A stretch of 62,163 nt of DNA, counting the filler. It is 12 parts of 12 records of this genome, joined end to end, with 100 filler letters (N's around TTAATTAATTAA, not from the genome) between each part and the next. Parts side by side here need not be neighbours in the genome. Positions count along the whole stretch, not along the records: positions 15,190 to 22,126 come from SRR9670534_1341; positions 22,227 to 27,822 come from SRR9670534_1342; positions 27,923 to 31,129 come from SRR9670534_1343; 9 more parts are not named here. One strand, 5' to 3'. Positions 15,190-28,735 of this stretch are shown here, in pieces. Numbering within the stretch: the stretch's first letter is position 1; the number at the start of each line of letters is the position of its first letter. The position numbers were made by a program, and so were the translations under genes. Below the pieces are notes generated by a model that saw nothing but the letters and a program-made list of their open reading frames with translations, searched no databases and was not told where the DNA came from.

Positions 15190-18100
15190 TGCGTACGTAC
15201 TTTATGGATGCTCCCTAATTATATGCATATTGTACCCAACGCTTGTACAGTCACGTGACTTGGCCTATCTTCAACTAAAAGTTTATGTGCCAGAGATGCT
15301 TTAGAAGAATTTGTTTGTTTCCTCGGAGGCATTCCACTCTTGATTGGCGGAACCGTTACGCAAGGCATTCCTGGGATTTTATACTGATAAGGTTCAAATG
15401 GTGATTCGTATCTTTCCATTTCCTCAAAAAGGTAAAGATAAAAAATTAAACATTCAGCAAATGTTGATGTCGTATCTATCTTCTCACCTGTGCTTGGAAA
15501 ACTTTCTGCTGCTGATCATTGTAAATACAACCAGTGTTGGCTAAATTCTTTCCTTTTGACGCACCTTTACTACAATAATAACCCATAATGAATTTACAAA
15601 CCTAAGCCTGATTAGGGAGGTATATACAATACAGAATAATAATTTACTCACAAGAGTTTAGCCGCTGCCTGCTTTTGTGGATCATTTGGCACGTTGCCAG
15701 CTTCAGCCGCAGATTTGCGCAATTCCATATATTTAGCATAAAGGTGACATAACTCTTCGTCAGAAATCTTATCATCACACCAAATCCATTGATGAGATTC
15801 TAGCTTAGCTTTAACAACTGGATTGCGATCCTTGTTGATGCACGAAGATAAAAATTTCATCGAAGGAAGACAATGATCGAGCCAATTATCGCAATCCTTG
15901 GTCCAACTTTCTTCCTTAGATGAGGACTCAGCAAAGTGTCGTGACACCCTGTATTCAATCATTTCCGTGTTTAGTTGGTTTCCAGTCATGATATGTTTTA
16001 ACAAATGGAAAAAACTTCTGTAGCGTGAGATTCCTGTGGTATCCTGCAGCTGCTGAGGTGAGGACGTGGGTCTAGCACTTCTATTAAATTTCACATTGAG
16101 ACTACATATCATGCATTTCAAACACAAATTAATCTTAATTTCACGTTGAAAAAATAAGCCACTTGCGCTCTTATTTATTACACTTACTCAGATAATTTAA
16201 CTAATTTTCTTGGTGATGCGGATAATCTGTGAAAAGGTGATCTCAGTGGTAAATCTGGCAATGAAGATAAACCAGTAGCTGCTTCCTTAGTTGTTCTCTT
16301 TTTCCGTTTGACTACCCTGATCTTATTGTCATCTGCTATCTTCAAAGTCAGCTTTATAGACCCCATTTCTAAAAGAGCACACATGTGTAAGACATTCTTC
16401 TTAATCAATAGTTGGCAACAAGAAAGGGTAGGGGTTGCAGGTAATCATAATACTATTAGGTAGTTAGAACACATGTGTGACAGACGAACTGACTGAGTCA
16501 AATGACCCTCTTTAACAAGTTATTGGGTATACGAGTTCGTATGGTAAAATTGACTAAAAATTCGTCAATTAAGAAACCTAATTTGAGCTAGGTAGTCACG
16601 TGATGATGACTCACCTTTGGCTCCAGCAGGATCTGATATGTCTGTATTCTTTATTATATCATCCAACGTAACGTTTTCAGTTATCATATCAGGAGCATTC
16701 TAATCAATAATTAGGAATCATGAATATCACAATATAATGTTGTCCTATCCTTAGTAAGGATTCCCTACCCTATCATATTTTTTGCGCATTTTATGTTCCG
16801 TTAACATATTCTGATAATAGGCATCATCGATTGTTATAACTCCTTTCATGGATGTATCTAAAAAAGCGAAGTGGGTCAATCTAATTTATTGACTCAATCA
16901 TACAATATGAAATAATTAAATATACTTTTTCGATTAAAATCAGCGCGAGTGTCAAAAGTGGAGGGAAACGTTCGATTTCCATTTAACAACTTTTCTGCTT
17001 TCTTCATTTCTGATCAATAAAAAATACTTCCGATTTAGTAATAATAATCATAATAAGTTTGTAAAAAAGGCAACTAACTAATGCAGAATTCTTCCTCGTC
17101 TGAAGATGAATCCAAGCCATCTGCCAAAGAACATGACCTCTTGACTTCTCTCATTATCCTTTTGAACACATTTTGAAGCATATTAACTATCATTAATTAT
17201 TATTAAAATTTACCTTTTGTACTCATAATGCACTTTGTTTTCAACGGATAATAATGACTGTACAGTCTTCACTGTATCCGTATTCCAAAATTTCTTCCAG
17301 AAGTCTTCGCTTTCAGGAGGCAAGGTAAGACTACATGTCTCCAAATTATTGATTAATTTCTGGTATTGCTTTATCTTCTTCAGCATTATAGAAGCTGCTT
17401 CTGCGTGTTGTTTTGCTTCATCTAACAGACGCGTAGCTATACGATACTTATCACCTATAATAATGATGAATAATGAGAAGACGAGTCAAGTAAGCATCTA
17501 AAAGTAGCACCAAACGTACTTTGCATACAATCTTTACAAAATTCATCTACTTGCTTCCGCAACATAGACTGATCATCATTCAACTCATTGGACATTACTT
17601 CATTAAGAAGTGATTCATCGTCTACCGCAGCTCTTGGTAAGTATGGCTACAAGAATAATTAAATCAGACATGCAGACGAGGGGGTATCATAGATGACTTC
17701 GACCCATAAATAACAAACGTTGCAAAAAAGTCAAAATCCAATTTCCAACTCTGACGCGTTTAAAACAATAATAATAATGGTGAAGTTTCAATGCATACCA
17801 GCAGCTCAGACTTCTCTTCAGCAGTCAAATGCTTCTCCCAAGCCAGCTTAATTGTTTCAGTTAAAACTCCTTCCTGATAGATAATAATAATAAAGTTAAA
17901 AAAGCAACATAACACACAATTGATTAAAATAGTTACTTATTATTATGCAGCTACAGTACATACAGACAGCTATTATTTGTTGTAAGTGGTTTACATTTTT
18001 TCAACCTTAGATTGAGATACATTGACCTAAATCTATACAATAAGTGTGTCTCAAAACCAGCTTTGAAAGTCTACAAATTCCAAGCATACATAATCATTAA

Positions 18101-18267
18101 CCCAACGTACTTACATCAAAAATAGCTGAGGGAAGATTCAATGTCACTCCTCGCAAACGTAGTTGTTGAACATCAATTGTTCCTTCTATTTCAATGCCAT
18201 TATCGCTGGGAGCAACAGCAGTATCAGGCCCTTCGTCTTGATTAATTTGGTCGTCCTCCATCATCAT
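15190..18267 (-). CDS. NFRKB: NFRKB (INO80 subunit G), multi-exon, 3' part lost at the contig edge
   Basis: Spliced minus-strand exons give a DEUBAD-like region (LRGVTLNLPSAIFD...AWEKHLTAEEKSELLPYLP), the winged helix (SFFHLLKHI...NWLDHCLPSMKFL...HQWIW...EELCHLY) and ERYESP...HKLLVEDRPSHVTVQAL, in the order known for NFRKB. Confidence 0.85.
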
Positions 18268-19293
18268 GCATTTCTGGCAGACACTGAAAAAGAGTTGTTT
18301 CTATTATTGTAATTACATTAGTAATTCACACAGCACAGACAAAAAGTATGAATATATATCCCAGAACTCCAAGTAAAAGATTTTGAAAGCCTCTTAAACG
18401 GGTTTTAATCTTTTACAAGGAGGACCTCATTGTTCACTTAGAAAAAAAAACGATTTGCAGATAAACAAAAGAGTATAAATTTGCCATGTTTATTATAATG
18501 TAATTATTATTAATATATTAATAATAATAACGATGAACAAACAGCAGCAGCCATAACAAGAATACCGCAAGTATTACGAATGAACGAACGAATGCATGAA
18601 CGAATGAATGAGTGCAGGTAAGAGCTCATTATCCAAAAAAATAGCCAATAGTTTGGATATAATTACATTATCATATCAAGCTACAGCAATAAAAATAATA
18701 TTGCTTTATTAAGATGTATCATTAATAGGATGCTTTTTGTACTAATTATTGACACGGTTAGTAATACTAACTTAGTATGTATGATAACAACAAAACGCAA
18801 CGCTTTAAATTATTAACCCTAAAATGCCACAAAAACATTCATTTTTTTGGGTCTTAATAATAAATTTAAAACTCCTTCTATAGCATTACAATGAAATTCA
18901 TAGCTAGCTCTCTATAACAAAAAAGAGTATTGTGTACTACCTGGTATTTTACAAGATAAAATAATGATCGTAGAGAAAGAGTACTGAATACTACCTAAAT
19001 TTATCATGGATGATAAACTTACTAATACGAGCATAGAAATAATAATTCGTAAACACACAGAATTGTGGTACAAAATCGAAAAAACAAACGAAACACTATC
19101 AAGTACAATGTACTTGTAGACTACAAGTTGTAGTAATACATTGTGTTGTGTGTAATGGCTAAGAAAAATGAAAATGTACAGGTTTACCATAAGATTTCTT
19201 TATAATATACAGAAGACTAGCAGCAATGATTCGCTACGAACATTGCCTAAATTTCGAAAAAAATCCATAGCGTACAGTACTTTCAGCACTGTA

Positions 19294-20946
19294 CTAAAAA
19301 CTCGTTATTTGATGTTCTGTTATCCCGCTTTCAGTACTATTAACAATCGTTGCAGTTTCCATATTAATTAAGTCATCATCCTCGTTAGGAGCCTTTGGAT
19401 TACATGCTTCTCTTAATACCTTGACCCATTTAGCACAACGTTCTACTGATGGTGTCTTAAACTTGTATATATTTCCCCTGACAGAATCAGTCAATTGAAA
19501 AGTAACAGGCGAAGAATCTAGACCACAACAGTCCATGTTAACAATGCTATGAATAATTTTTGAATATCGACTTTTGTAATGACTTCGAACTTCATCTCGG
19601 CTGCGGAAAGGTCGCGGATGATAAAACAACAGCTGAGAACCACAAAGTGCTAACCAATAGCTAGTCCACGTGGACATGATAACGCTTTTTCCATTCTTTA
19701 AAACTGTCTTTCTTTGCACAGCACCCTCGAACACAAATCTTTGGGTAATATCACCAGGATTATGATGAAAACTGCTTTCAACAGTAGAAGGACTACTTAC
19801 AGAAGCTCCAGCGACTGTCGGTGTAGAATTGGTTAAATTTTTTTCAGCAACCTTTGCTGTGGTACCATCGATATTCTCCAGAGGTGAGTCATCGAGCAAA
19901 TTTTGTTGGTCTCGACGCCGCTGTTCCTCTCTGAACTGGGCTGGAATCTTTTTACGATCCTTTTCTTTTCTTGGTCCTACTGTACTGGCTTTATGCTCGT
20001 TATTATTATACTGTATTGGTTTTCCGTTTGTTGTTATGTGATTGACGGTACCATCACTATTAACTTTTCGATGATGTGGAGTTTCTTTTGATTTGGCAGC
20101 ATGCTCACCCGGTTCAAGGGCATACGACATTTTGTCAAATTCATTGAGAGTAAATTGGGATAGCTGCTCAATGTACTTATGTGCGTTAAAATAGTCCTGA
20201 AGGTACTTTACTGGCAAAATATCGTATATTGAATGCTGAAATGCAGAAACCACTCGCAAAATATTGTTCATTTTGGTTTGGCGTTCACGGATTTCCAAGC
20301 CAGCCCTGTAAGGATGGACAGTATCAACGTGAATTAGTTTGGTCATAATTATCCCGATGTAAGGTATGCATGGCAACTTGACAGTTTCGCATAAATTGTT
20401 AAATTCCTTTGCTTCGTAATCTGTACCAAAGTATGTATTTAGTTTCTTATATAAATTATAAGTTTCGCGTTGTTTTTCCGCTAGCTTATTCCAGGTTTTC
20501 GAAAGTCTATAAATGGCTTGATTTGTTAGAGCACTCATTATTGCTTTCGCTGAATGAAAATTGTTGTACTGACTGTGCAACTTATGCGTAACTTTAATCC
20601 AATGGCCCATGATTTCAACCCTTTTCTTTAGATTTTGATTATTCAGAATTTCGTGCATAACAAGGAAGCAAACTTGGTTAAAGCGATCAAGCATTTTCAT
20701 TACATTTTTGGAATTTCTACACTTTTCCTTGCTATTAAAATTAACTGGGTCGAGCTCCATTGGTTCAATACGCTTAAACGTTTCGAAATCTAGAGCCGTA
20801 ATCTGACCAGCAATTATTTCTGGATTAACTGCACAAATTTCAAAAATTCTTGGATCGTAACTCTTTCTCAACTCATCATTTTCGGAAAAAGGATATGCAA
20901 AGCCATTTGAATCACTCGATAATCGAACATCGACGGCTGCAGTCAT
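19294..20946 (-). CDS. RALGPS: Ral guanine nucleotide exchange factor RalGPS (RasGEF + PH), intronless
   Basis: CDC25 domain without REM (IAGQITALD, NNFHSAKAIMSAL, IYRLSKTW, PCIPYIG), HRK..S.G and LLDDS motifs, and a C-terminal PH domain (RKTVLKNGK...WTSYW...GNIYKF...KW). The first in-frame ATG is at 20946. Confidence 0.92.
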   Translation of the reverse strand: MTAAVDVRLSSDSNGFAYPFSENDELRKSYDPRIFEICAVNPEIIAGQITALDFETFKRIEPMELDPVNFNSKEKCRNSKNVMKMLDRFNQVCFLVMHEILNNQNLKKRVEIMGHWIKVTHKLHSQYNNFHSAKAIMSALTNQAIYRLSKTWNKLAEKQRETYNLYKKLNTYFGTDYEAKEFNNLCETVKLPCIPYIGIIMTKLIHVDTVHPYRAGLEIRERQTKMNNILRVVSAFQHSIYDILPVKYLQDYFNAHKYIEQLSQFTLNEFDKMSYALEPGEHAAKSKETPHHRKVNSDGTVNHITTNGKPIQYNNNEHKASTVGPRKEKDRKKIPAQFREEQRRRDQQNLLDDSPLENIDGTTAKVAEKNLTNSTPTVAGASVSSPSTVESSFHHNPGDITQRFVFEGAVQRKTVLKNGKSVIMSTWTSYWLALCGSQLLFYHPRPFRSRDEVRSHYKSRYSKIIHSIVNMDCCGLDSSPVTFQLTDSVRGNIYKFKTPSVERCAKWVKVLREACNPKAPNEDDDLINMETATIVNSTESGITEHQITSF

Positions 20947-21421
20947 GTTTTCATTAATAATAAGAAAAAGTGCATGCACACCTTCAGTGTTGATGCAATT
21001 ACTTAATAATAATAAGTAAAACGCCCAATAATATAACTGTTGTAAATGCTTGCCATTAATTACATATCTAAAATTAATATGTCAATATCTAAAAAATTAC
21101 AAAAAATATCTACATGCCTAGTTAGGTATCTAAAACATACCTACTGGTACCTACCTTCCTAGGCTACCTAGGAATCCTAGCTGTAGGGCACGCTGTATGT
21201 ACAGGTTATGTATGTTTCAGATACCCAGCGTGATGCTGTACGTATGTACTAGATTCGTCGTAAACAACGAATGAAGTTACATATGGTAGGTATACATTGC
21301 AAACAATAAGCAGAGCACACTAATTGGTACATACACTGTAATACAGTATAATTAATTACATACATTGTATTATACATTATGTATATACCGTAGTAAACAT
21401 TTATCGTAAACCCCGTTACTC

Positions 21422-21467
21422 TACGTCGTAATTTACGACGTACCTAATTTACGTCGTAATTTACGAC
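21422..21467. repeat. Tandem pair of palindromes
   Basis: TACGTCGTAA-T-TTACGACGTA (21422-21442), followed by a second copy GTCGTAA-T-TTACGAC. Confidence 0.75.
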
Positions 21468-22510
21468 ACGTAAACAACAATGTTCGAACACATGAAAGCT
21501 TTGGCATGTGGTAGGTAAACTACCCGGTGCATACCTATGTATGGTACATTGCGTACGTAATACATATGTACAAATCTTATACCTACATATGTACTAAATC
21601 ACATACGATGTAGTAACATACCGCACATGTATAGGTAAATATGTATAATAAATTATCATTAATAATGGAACGTGTAACACGTTACATGTTGGATTACCCA
21701 GATAGGTACGAGTGAATGAATTTCGAATCGACGAATTACGGTAGGTAGGTACATTCTGACGCATATAGTCTATAGAACACCTAGAAAAATAATGAAACGC
21801 AGTCCTACACAGACTGCGTAGCCTACAGTATAGGCCCTACATTCTACTGTAATGGAAAATAGGTACCTAACCTTAACATTTTAATTTAGGTAATTTAATT
21901 TAATTTTATTGTATAATTCAGTATTGCAGCGAACATTGGGTGCACAATACTTTCTACGTACATATTATGTATACCTATGTAGTACATAATATTTAGGGAT
22001 AGACATAACAGGTACGCAAGTATAATACATGCTTGAAGTATTGGTACAATTATTGTACATACTACAATAGGTATGCAGATATAGTAGACATAATATGTAG
22101 GTACAGTGAGACACATAAGTTGTGTCNNNNNNNNNNNNNNNNNNNNNNNNNNNNNNNNNNNNNNNNNNNNTTAATTAATTAANNNNNNNNNNNNNNNNNN
22201 NNNNNNNNNNNNNNNNNNNNNNNNNNTTGGACATTTTTGCCGTAGTACGTGAATAACATGCTATATATAAATTATACATAATTTACTATTGTTACATAGA
22301 CTACTACTAGTTCAAATTATGATTAGCGCATTAATTATTTTTAAAGTATAACTATTAGTATTTTCCTTTCTTATAGTAGTTATATGAGTATTTAATTAAA
22401 TATTAACAGTAGGCTAATCATAAATTTGTATTAAAATTTAATAATTACACCATGAAATTGAAACTAGTAATTTATAGTAATTTATATTAAAGTTATTAAA
22501 TAATTACACC

Positions 22511-25500
22511 ATGAAATTGAAATTTTGTAACTTAATATTAATAATTGTCACTCCAAAGGTATTGGGAAAGTTCATCATAACCTAATGCATTTTCTTGAAT
22601 TTATGTTGTTTACTAATAAAAGTATTTTTGAAAGACCAAATTTTTTCTTTCTAGATAGCCAAGGAACAGATATTTACTGTTCCTTTGATTATAATCCTGG
22701 TTTGGTTAATACTTTTGAATTGTGTGACGGAGTTACTGATTGCTCTGGTAGTGATGACGAGAAGGATGCCCTGTGTTATCGTATGTTGTTTATAATTCTA
22801 CTATAATAACATTGCTATTATTTATTGTATTTTCATCGTCGAGGACATGTTCTTACAAGGGATGTTATCTTTGGGAGGATTACGCATAAAAGGGGCGTGT
22901 GAAATTAAAACTTGAGTTATTTGTTTTAATGTTTATTATATTTCCTTGAATCACTTAGCTATTAATTAGTAATCACTTATTTCTTTCTTTTATTCTATTT
23001 GGTAAGCAGTTATTGTTTTCTAATACAACTTGTTTTTATTTTATATGAGATAATAATATAGCTCTATGAAATTTAATAGAGATAATAGCTAAAGCCATAT
23101 TTTACTAAAATATTTTACTATGTGACATAAGACTATGATAGTATTAAGTAATATTTACTAAGTAAGTATATAAATATTATATAGAGTAGCATATATAATA
23201 TAGTAGTATGTAATACTATATCATGAATCATGATGCATGATATCTATCGCTTAGAGAATGGAGTAGATATTGGACATTTGGGCATCATATACACTGGTAC
23301 TTATTTGGTAAGAATAAATAATCTTTGCAATGGGCAGGAAGATACGCCAGACGGATCTGATGAGATTTGCACAATTCCTGCTTTTAAAGACCGTATAACG
23401 TTAAACCCGGTGTTCAATGTCAACTTTCTTGACTATGGTTTTTCAAACTGTTACCTTGGATATCATGAATTTGTAGACTTTGTTCTTCAATCGCAACAAA
23501 CTATAACTGATCCTGTCTCTAGCATATTCCTTTTTGAGTATGTTTTAAACAAATCCTCATAATTTTAAAAGAGAGTTTTACTTTTTATTTTTTTCTGAGA
23601 GAAACTTTCCATATATGATAAAGTTCAAATTTTAGCTCATTTGTTTCTATGAATGAAAATACACGTTTTTGCAATGTTTTTGGTTCAGTGTATGCTCATA
23701 TCAAGGTGTTTTATACATTGCTATTTGGAAAAAATTTGGCAGATTTTGGGCTGACAGGAATTGCGCCTGCTTATGGGAGTCTAGATCCTTGTGAAAATGA
23801 AATTGATCGTGACATTTTTCAGTATGGTCAATGCTACAACTACTTTAACAAAAGTAAGCGGTTTGCAAATATTTCAAATATAGTGTTCATATTTACAAAC
23901 CTAATGTCACAAAATGTCACATTTTATATTTTATTAATAAAAACTATCATGATAATTGCAATTATGGTTTACTCATATTTTGGTCACTAATAATAACTCA
24001 CGTTGCATTCAGAATAATAATAATAACGTATTGATACGAATAACCTTTTAATTACCTTGCATGTTAGTGTCATAATAATGTAGGTGCTAAATTTCCGTCA
24101 GTCATGAAGGGACCCTATAGCAAAAGAAGAACTCTTTTTAATAAAGATGCATTGCATTATCCTCGTAAGTGGAATATTCTATCATGTTTTTAGTCTTACT
24201 TCTACCTGATCTTTTTGGTACTATTTGTGTTATGAGAACATTTACCATTCTTCCATAAACATAGACCAAAATTGTCGCGTCCTCAAATTAGACATATTCT
24301 CCAGTGAAAATGCTACTGAATAAAAGACTTCAAAAACTAAACTTTTTAACCAAGTTTTTTTAGCTAATGATGTCGTGTGCAGCAATGGGTCGATTATTAA
24401 CAGTTATATGTTGTGTGATGGAACAAATGATTGCACGTTTGGCGATGATGAAAGTTCTCGCTTCTGTCTACGTATACAACCAATCTAAAATAATCCTATA
24501 TGTCGTATAGTAACAAAACTATGTAAAAATGAAACTGATGCTCAGTTATAAATTTCAGAGAATGGGATTAATATCGGAGATTTGGGAATAATATTTACTG
24601 GTTCATATTTAGTCAGAATCACCAACTTTTGCAATGGTATAGAAGATACACCTGATGGGTCTGATGAAAACTGCATACTTCCTGATCTTAATGATGTCAT
24701 ATACATTACAAATAGTTCAGCAATCTTCAATGATTATCCTCTTATACAGTTTAACGAAAGTTTTTGTCTTCCTTGGTATCTGGAGTTTGGAGAGTATGTT
24801 CTTAGATCACACACAACCGTGGAAGAGTCAATATCCAACATCTTTACATTTAAGTATGATTTAGTAGCTAACAGATTCATATCTACGACAAAAGCAGTCC
24901 ATTTGTTTCGTTATGGTAGAAATATGTTTGAGTTGAAATGGAGTCTAAGCACAATAGGTAACAAATGAATTTTTTAGATCGGTTGACAAAGCAAATCATT
25001 CGCACTCTTGTGCTCTATACGGCTCAGTATATGCTCATTTGAAAACCTTTTATGCATTATTATTTGGGCATCATTTGTCATATTTTGGACTAAAGCCTGT
25101 CCCAAAAGAAAGTTCAGAAAGTGTCTGCGGTGGTGAAATCGATTTTGAAATATTTCAGAATGAAAGATGCATTGATTATTTTGGAAAAGGTCAGTAAATT
25201 ATTGAATTCCTATATTATAGGACCTATAATATAATATGTTTGAGTTTCATAAAAGAAATGTGTTTATTGCGTACGCATTGCACAGTAGAATAGGTAAATA
25301 GAATAGAATAGGTAGTTACTACTACCTGGTAGTACCTATTAGGTATGCAATAGAATAGGTAAATCGGCAGCTTCTAGAGGTATGTACTCATACTATGTAC
25401 ACTGTACAGCATGTAGCAGTACTACATTGTAGTACATATGACTACCGTATTTGTAATAGTTTGGCATATTTGCCCTATTCCCGCTGTCTCAAAGTATTAC

Positions 25501-27545
25501 ATAATACAATAACATTAAAGCAATATTATCGACTTGTTTTTTTTATCACTTTTTAATTATAATTATTACTTATTAATATTAATAATTTATTAGTGATCAT
25601 TAATATTCGAATATTAATATTGGTCATGTTTATAATATGCATCGCTTATTTTTAGGAGGTGCATTTCCTGGTGTTTTTAAAGAAATTGCTGGCCCATCAG
25701 ACCCTATTCAAAGAAGTGAAAATTTACATGGTGGTTTGCGAAAGGCAGGTACGGTTAGCAGACTATAATTTTATGAAATGTTGAAATTGTGTGCATTATC
25801 TATTTCTGAATTAGTTAAGCTGTGCTATTTCTGGTAGTTTAAAAACTTAATCTACTTAAGCATGTTACTTATTAAATAGACGAAGTTGTAGGTGTAGCTT
25901 ACAGTTGTTAATAAGTTAATAATGTCAACTATAGTAGAAACTTGCTAGTTGAGCTAGCTTGTTTGTCGAAATATGTCATGATTCATGAAATGTTATAATT
26001 ATTATATATATTGTCATATGAATATTTCAGAGGGAAAGTATATGAATAGTATTGCATATAATACTGTACTATTACATAGCGTATTACATAAATCAGATTG
26101 AAAGTTTGATGGCTATTCATGCTATGAATTACATAATTATTTTATATAACCATCAACCAAAAGTTGCCATTTTAAACATGCCAATGCAAAATTGAGTTTG
26201 TTTACTTTTTCTAGAAAACAACATTGCTTGTTCAGTTTCTGATATGACAACAATTAGTACATTATTTCTATGCGATGGTGTCAACGACTGTCCTCACCAA
26301 GAAGATGAGCACTGGACATTGTGTTATCGTACGTATTATGTGCTAGTCTCTAATGTTTGCCATTAATTATGCTTTGTATATTATTAATAAGTGAAATATA
26401 GAATTTTAGAATGTTGGCTAATCATCCACTTATTGCGGACCTTGGTGCAAGAGTGCGAGCCATAAGTGCCCCCACCCTTATTATTTATTAGCGAATTTTT
26501 ATATAAAAAATTCGTAGGAATAGACCACATCCTAAATGATGCGTCAAAGTGATTTATAATAGATGTCACCGATCAGTTAACTTTGTGAAGGAAGAAGAAT
26601 TGGGCTGTACAATGTTTTACAGAGTTAACAGCATAGAAATTCGAAGTTCATTTTTACCACTATCTCCATAAGTAGACCAATAGTAATCATTACTATTGTA
26701 GTTTTGTGGGATTCTGTACGATAAAGTTTACTGTAGTAAACAATGATTGTAATTTTGTGGGATTCTGTATGATAAAGTTTACTGTAGTAAATTTCACATG
26801 GCCAACATGACTGTATTTTTGCACCAGAATCTATAGAATACTTGAGACTGATAAGTGGATGTTTAGGTGAACGTTCAAAAATTCCTTTTTTTCTTGAAAA
26901 TGTATTTTCTTATGCCTAAGCTAGAAATTATATCTTTAAGGAAATGGCATAAATGTTGGAAATCTGGGAATCGTTTTTACTGGTTCTTTTTTGGTAAGAA
27001 TCACAAATTTGTGCGATGGTGAAGAAAATGCTCCTGATAGTTCTGACGAAGACTGTGTAATACCAAATTTTAAAACTCATGTGGATGTTGTCAGTTTTTT
27101 GGACCTACAAAAAGATGTTCATAATTATCCTCTTCAAAATATATATTACCCTTCTCATTTCTATTACACTTATGATTTCTATGAAAATTATTGCTCCGTT
27201 TGGTATTTTTTATTTACGGACTACATCCTAAGGTGGCAGAGCAGCATAACCAATACTTTATCCAATATATTTACCTTTCGGTATGGCACTATTATTTCCT
27301 AATGCTAAATGTGTATAATACTGTATGTTTAGATCAGTTGAAATCCCAAATGTAATTTCACATTCATGCATGATGTACGGATCAGTATATGGTCACTTGA
27401 AGCTGTTTTATGGACTACTATTTGGAGGTAATATTACAACTTTTGGACTTAAGCTTGATCAGCAAATTGGAACGTGCCGCAATGAACTCGTTGACTACGG
27501 GATTTTTCAGAACAAGAAATGCTATGACATTTTTAATAAAAGTAG
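22511..27545 (+). CDS. Putative secreted protein of at least three tandem modules, each with two degenerate LDL-receptor class A repeats; incomplete
   Basis: The same exon series occurs three times: LDLa exon (22655, 24364, 26215), NGxxxGxLGIxxTGxxLVRIxNxCxGxEDxPDxSDExC exon (~23255, 24559, 26941) and CxxxGSVYxHxKxFYxLLFG exon (~23636, 24978, 27333). A possible signal-peptide exon starts at 22511. Confidence 0.75.
26695..26790. repeat. ~50-bp intronic tandem duplication
   Basis: ATTGTA(G/A)TTTTGTGGGATTCTGTA(C/T)GATAAAGTTTACTGTAGTAAA occurs twice. Confidence 0.85.
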
Positions 27546-28735
27546 GTGAATTATTTCGATAATAGTTGTATTAGTAGGGTTGATTGATCAAGCATTATGA
27601 GTCATATTTGTGAGAAACTGATTTCAGTATTTATCGATCAAAAGTTTTCAGTATTCTCGCTATAATGTTCAACTGAACGTATAATTCAAAACAATGAGGT
27701 ATGAACGTTTAAGCATGGTAAAAGTTGCATTGCAGTAATAAATGTACACAAAATTTGAGGAAACAATGAAAAGTTTTGTACAATAACATATAATCAATAA
27801 GTGAGGGCACAGATGTTTAAGTNNNNNNNNNNNNNNNNNNNNNNNNNNNNNNNNNNNNNNNNNNNNTTAATTAATTAANNNNNNNNNNNNNNNNNNNNNN
27901 NNNNNNNNNNNNNNNNNNNNNNATTATTATTATTATTATTATAATTATTATATGTTTGTTAGGTATGTTATAACATTGCATGTGAAGAATATGAGAAAAC
28001 AAGCCTACAGCTGAAGGATCTAGAGCATCTGCCATTCGTGCCAAGGAAAAGCTGTTTCTATGGCCATCATGGCATCCTTAAGGATGTTTTTGTTGTTTGG
28101 ATTTAAAGAGCTTTCATTTCTTTGGACAACATGGAAGGCATTTTCAATCAGGCAAAATATGACCTCATTAAAAAGAACATGTTGCTATCTAAACTACTAT
28201 AGTTTAGATATGTTGTCACCTAATAATAAACCAGCAGTTAGTTTGGTTATTAATAAATGTTCCATGTTTTTGAATTATTAAGTGGTTTACTTACGCTATG
28301 AAATAACGTTTGGACTATGGTTGTTCTTGATAATAATAAGCCCTATCTTACAATCAGTAAAAAAGGAAAACAAGCGACATCTTTTACGAAAACACGTCTG
28401 AAACAAATAACACTTAATTTTATTTCAGTGCCAAAATGATAGTGTGCATCATAGAGTAAGGGGTGCATATATTATACAAGTCCTACATATAATAATACAG
28501 TATTATTAATAAAAAATATTAATAATTATGTGAACATAATGCTGGATATAACATGCTGTTGCAGGCAGGCATTATCATTACCTGTACGCATATAATAGCA
28601 CTGTAGTACTATTTAAAATTAACGCTGCTTCAATATAAAAATATGGTTCATTTTAGGCCAACTTACCCTACTATTAATATTATTATTACTACATAATAAG
28701 AATCTCAAAATAATGTTTGGAATTCCAAACAACTA

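Noticed and set aside
22655-27545. Giant extracellular haemoglobin linker chains or an LRP-type receptor
   Set aside because: No coiled coil or recognisable linker beta-barrel, no YWTD or EGF repeats, and the LDLa units lack the 6-Cys pattern.
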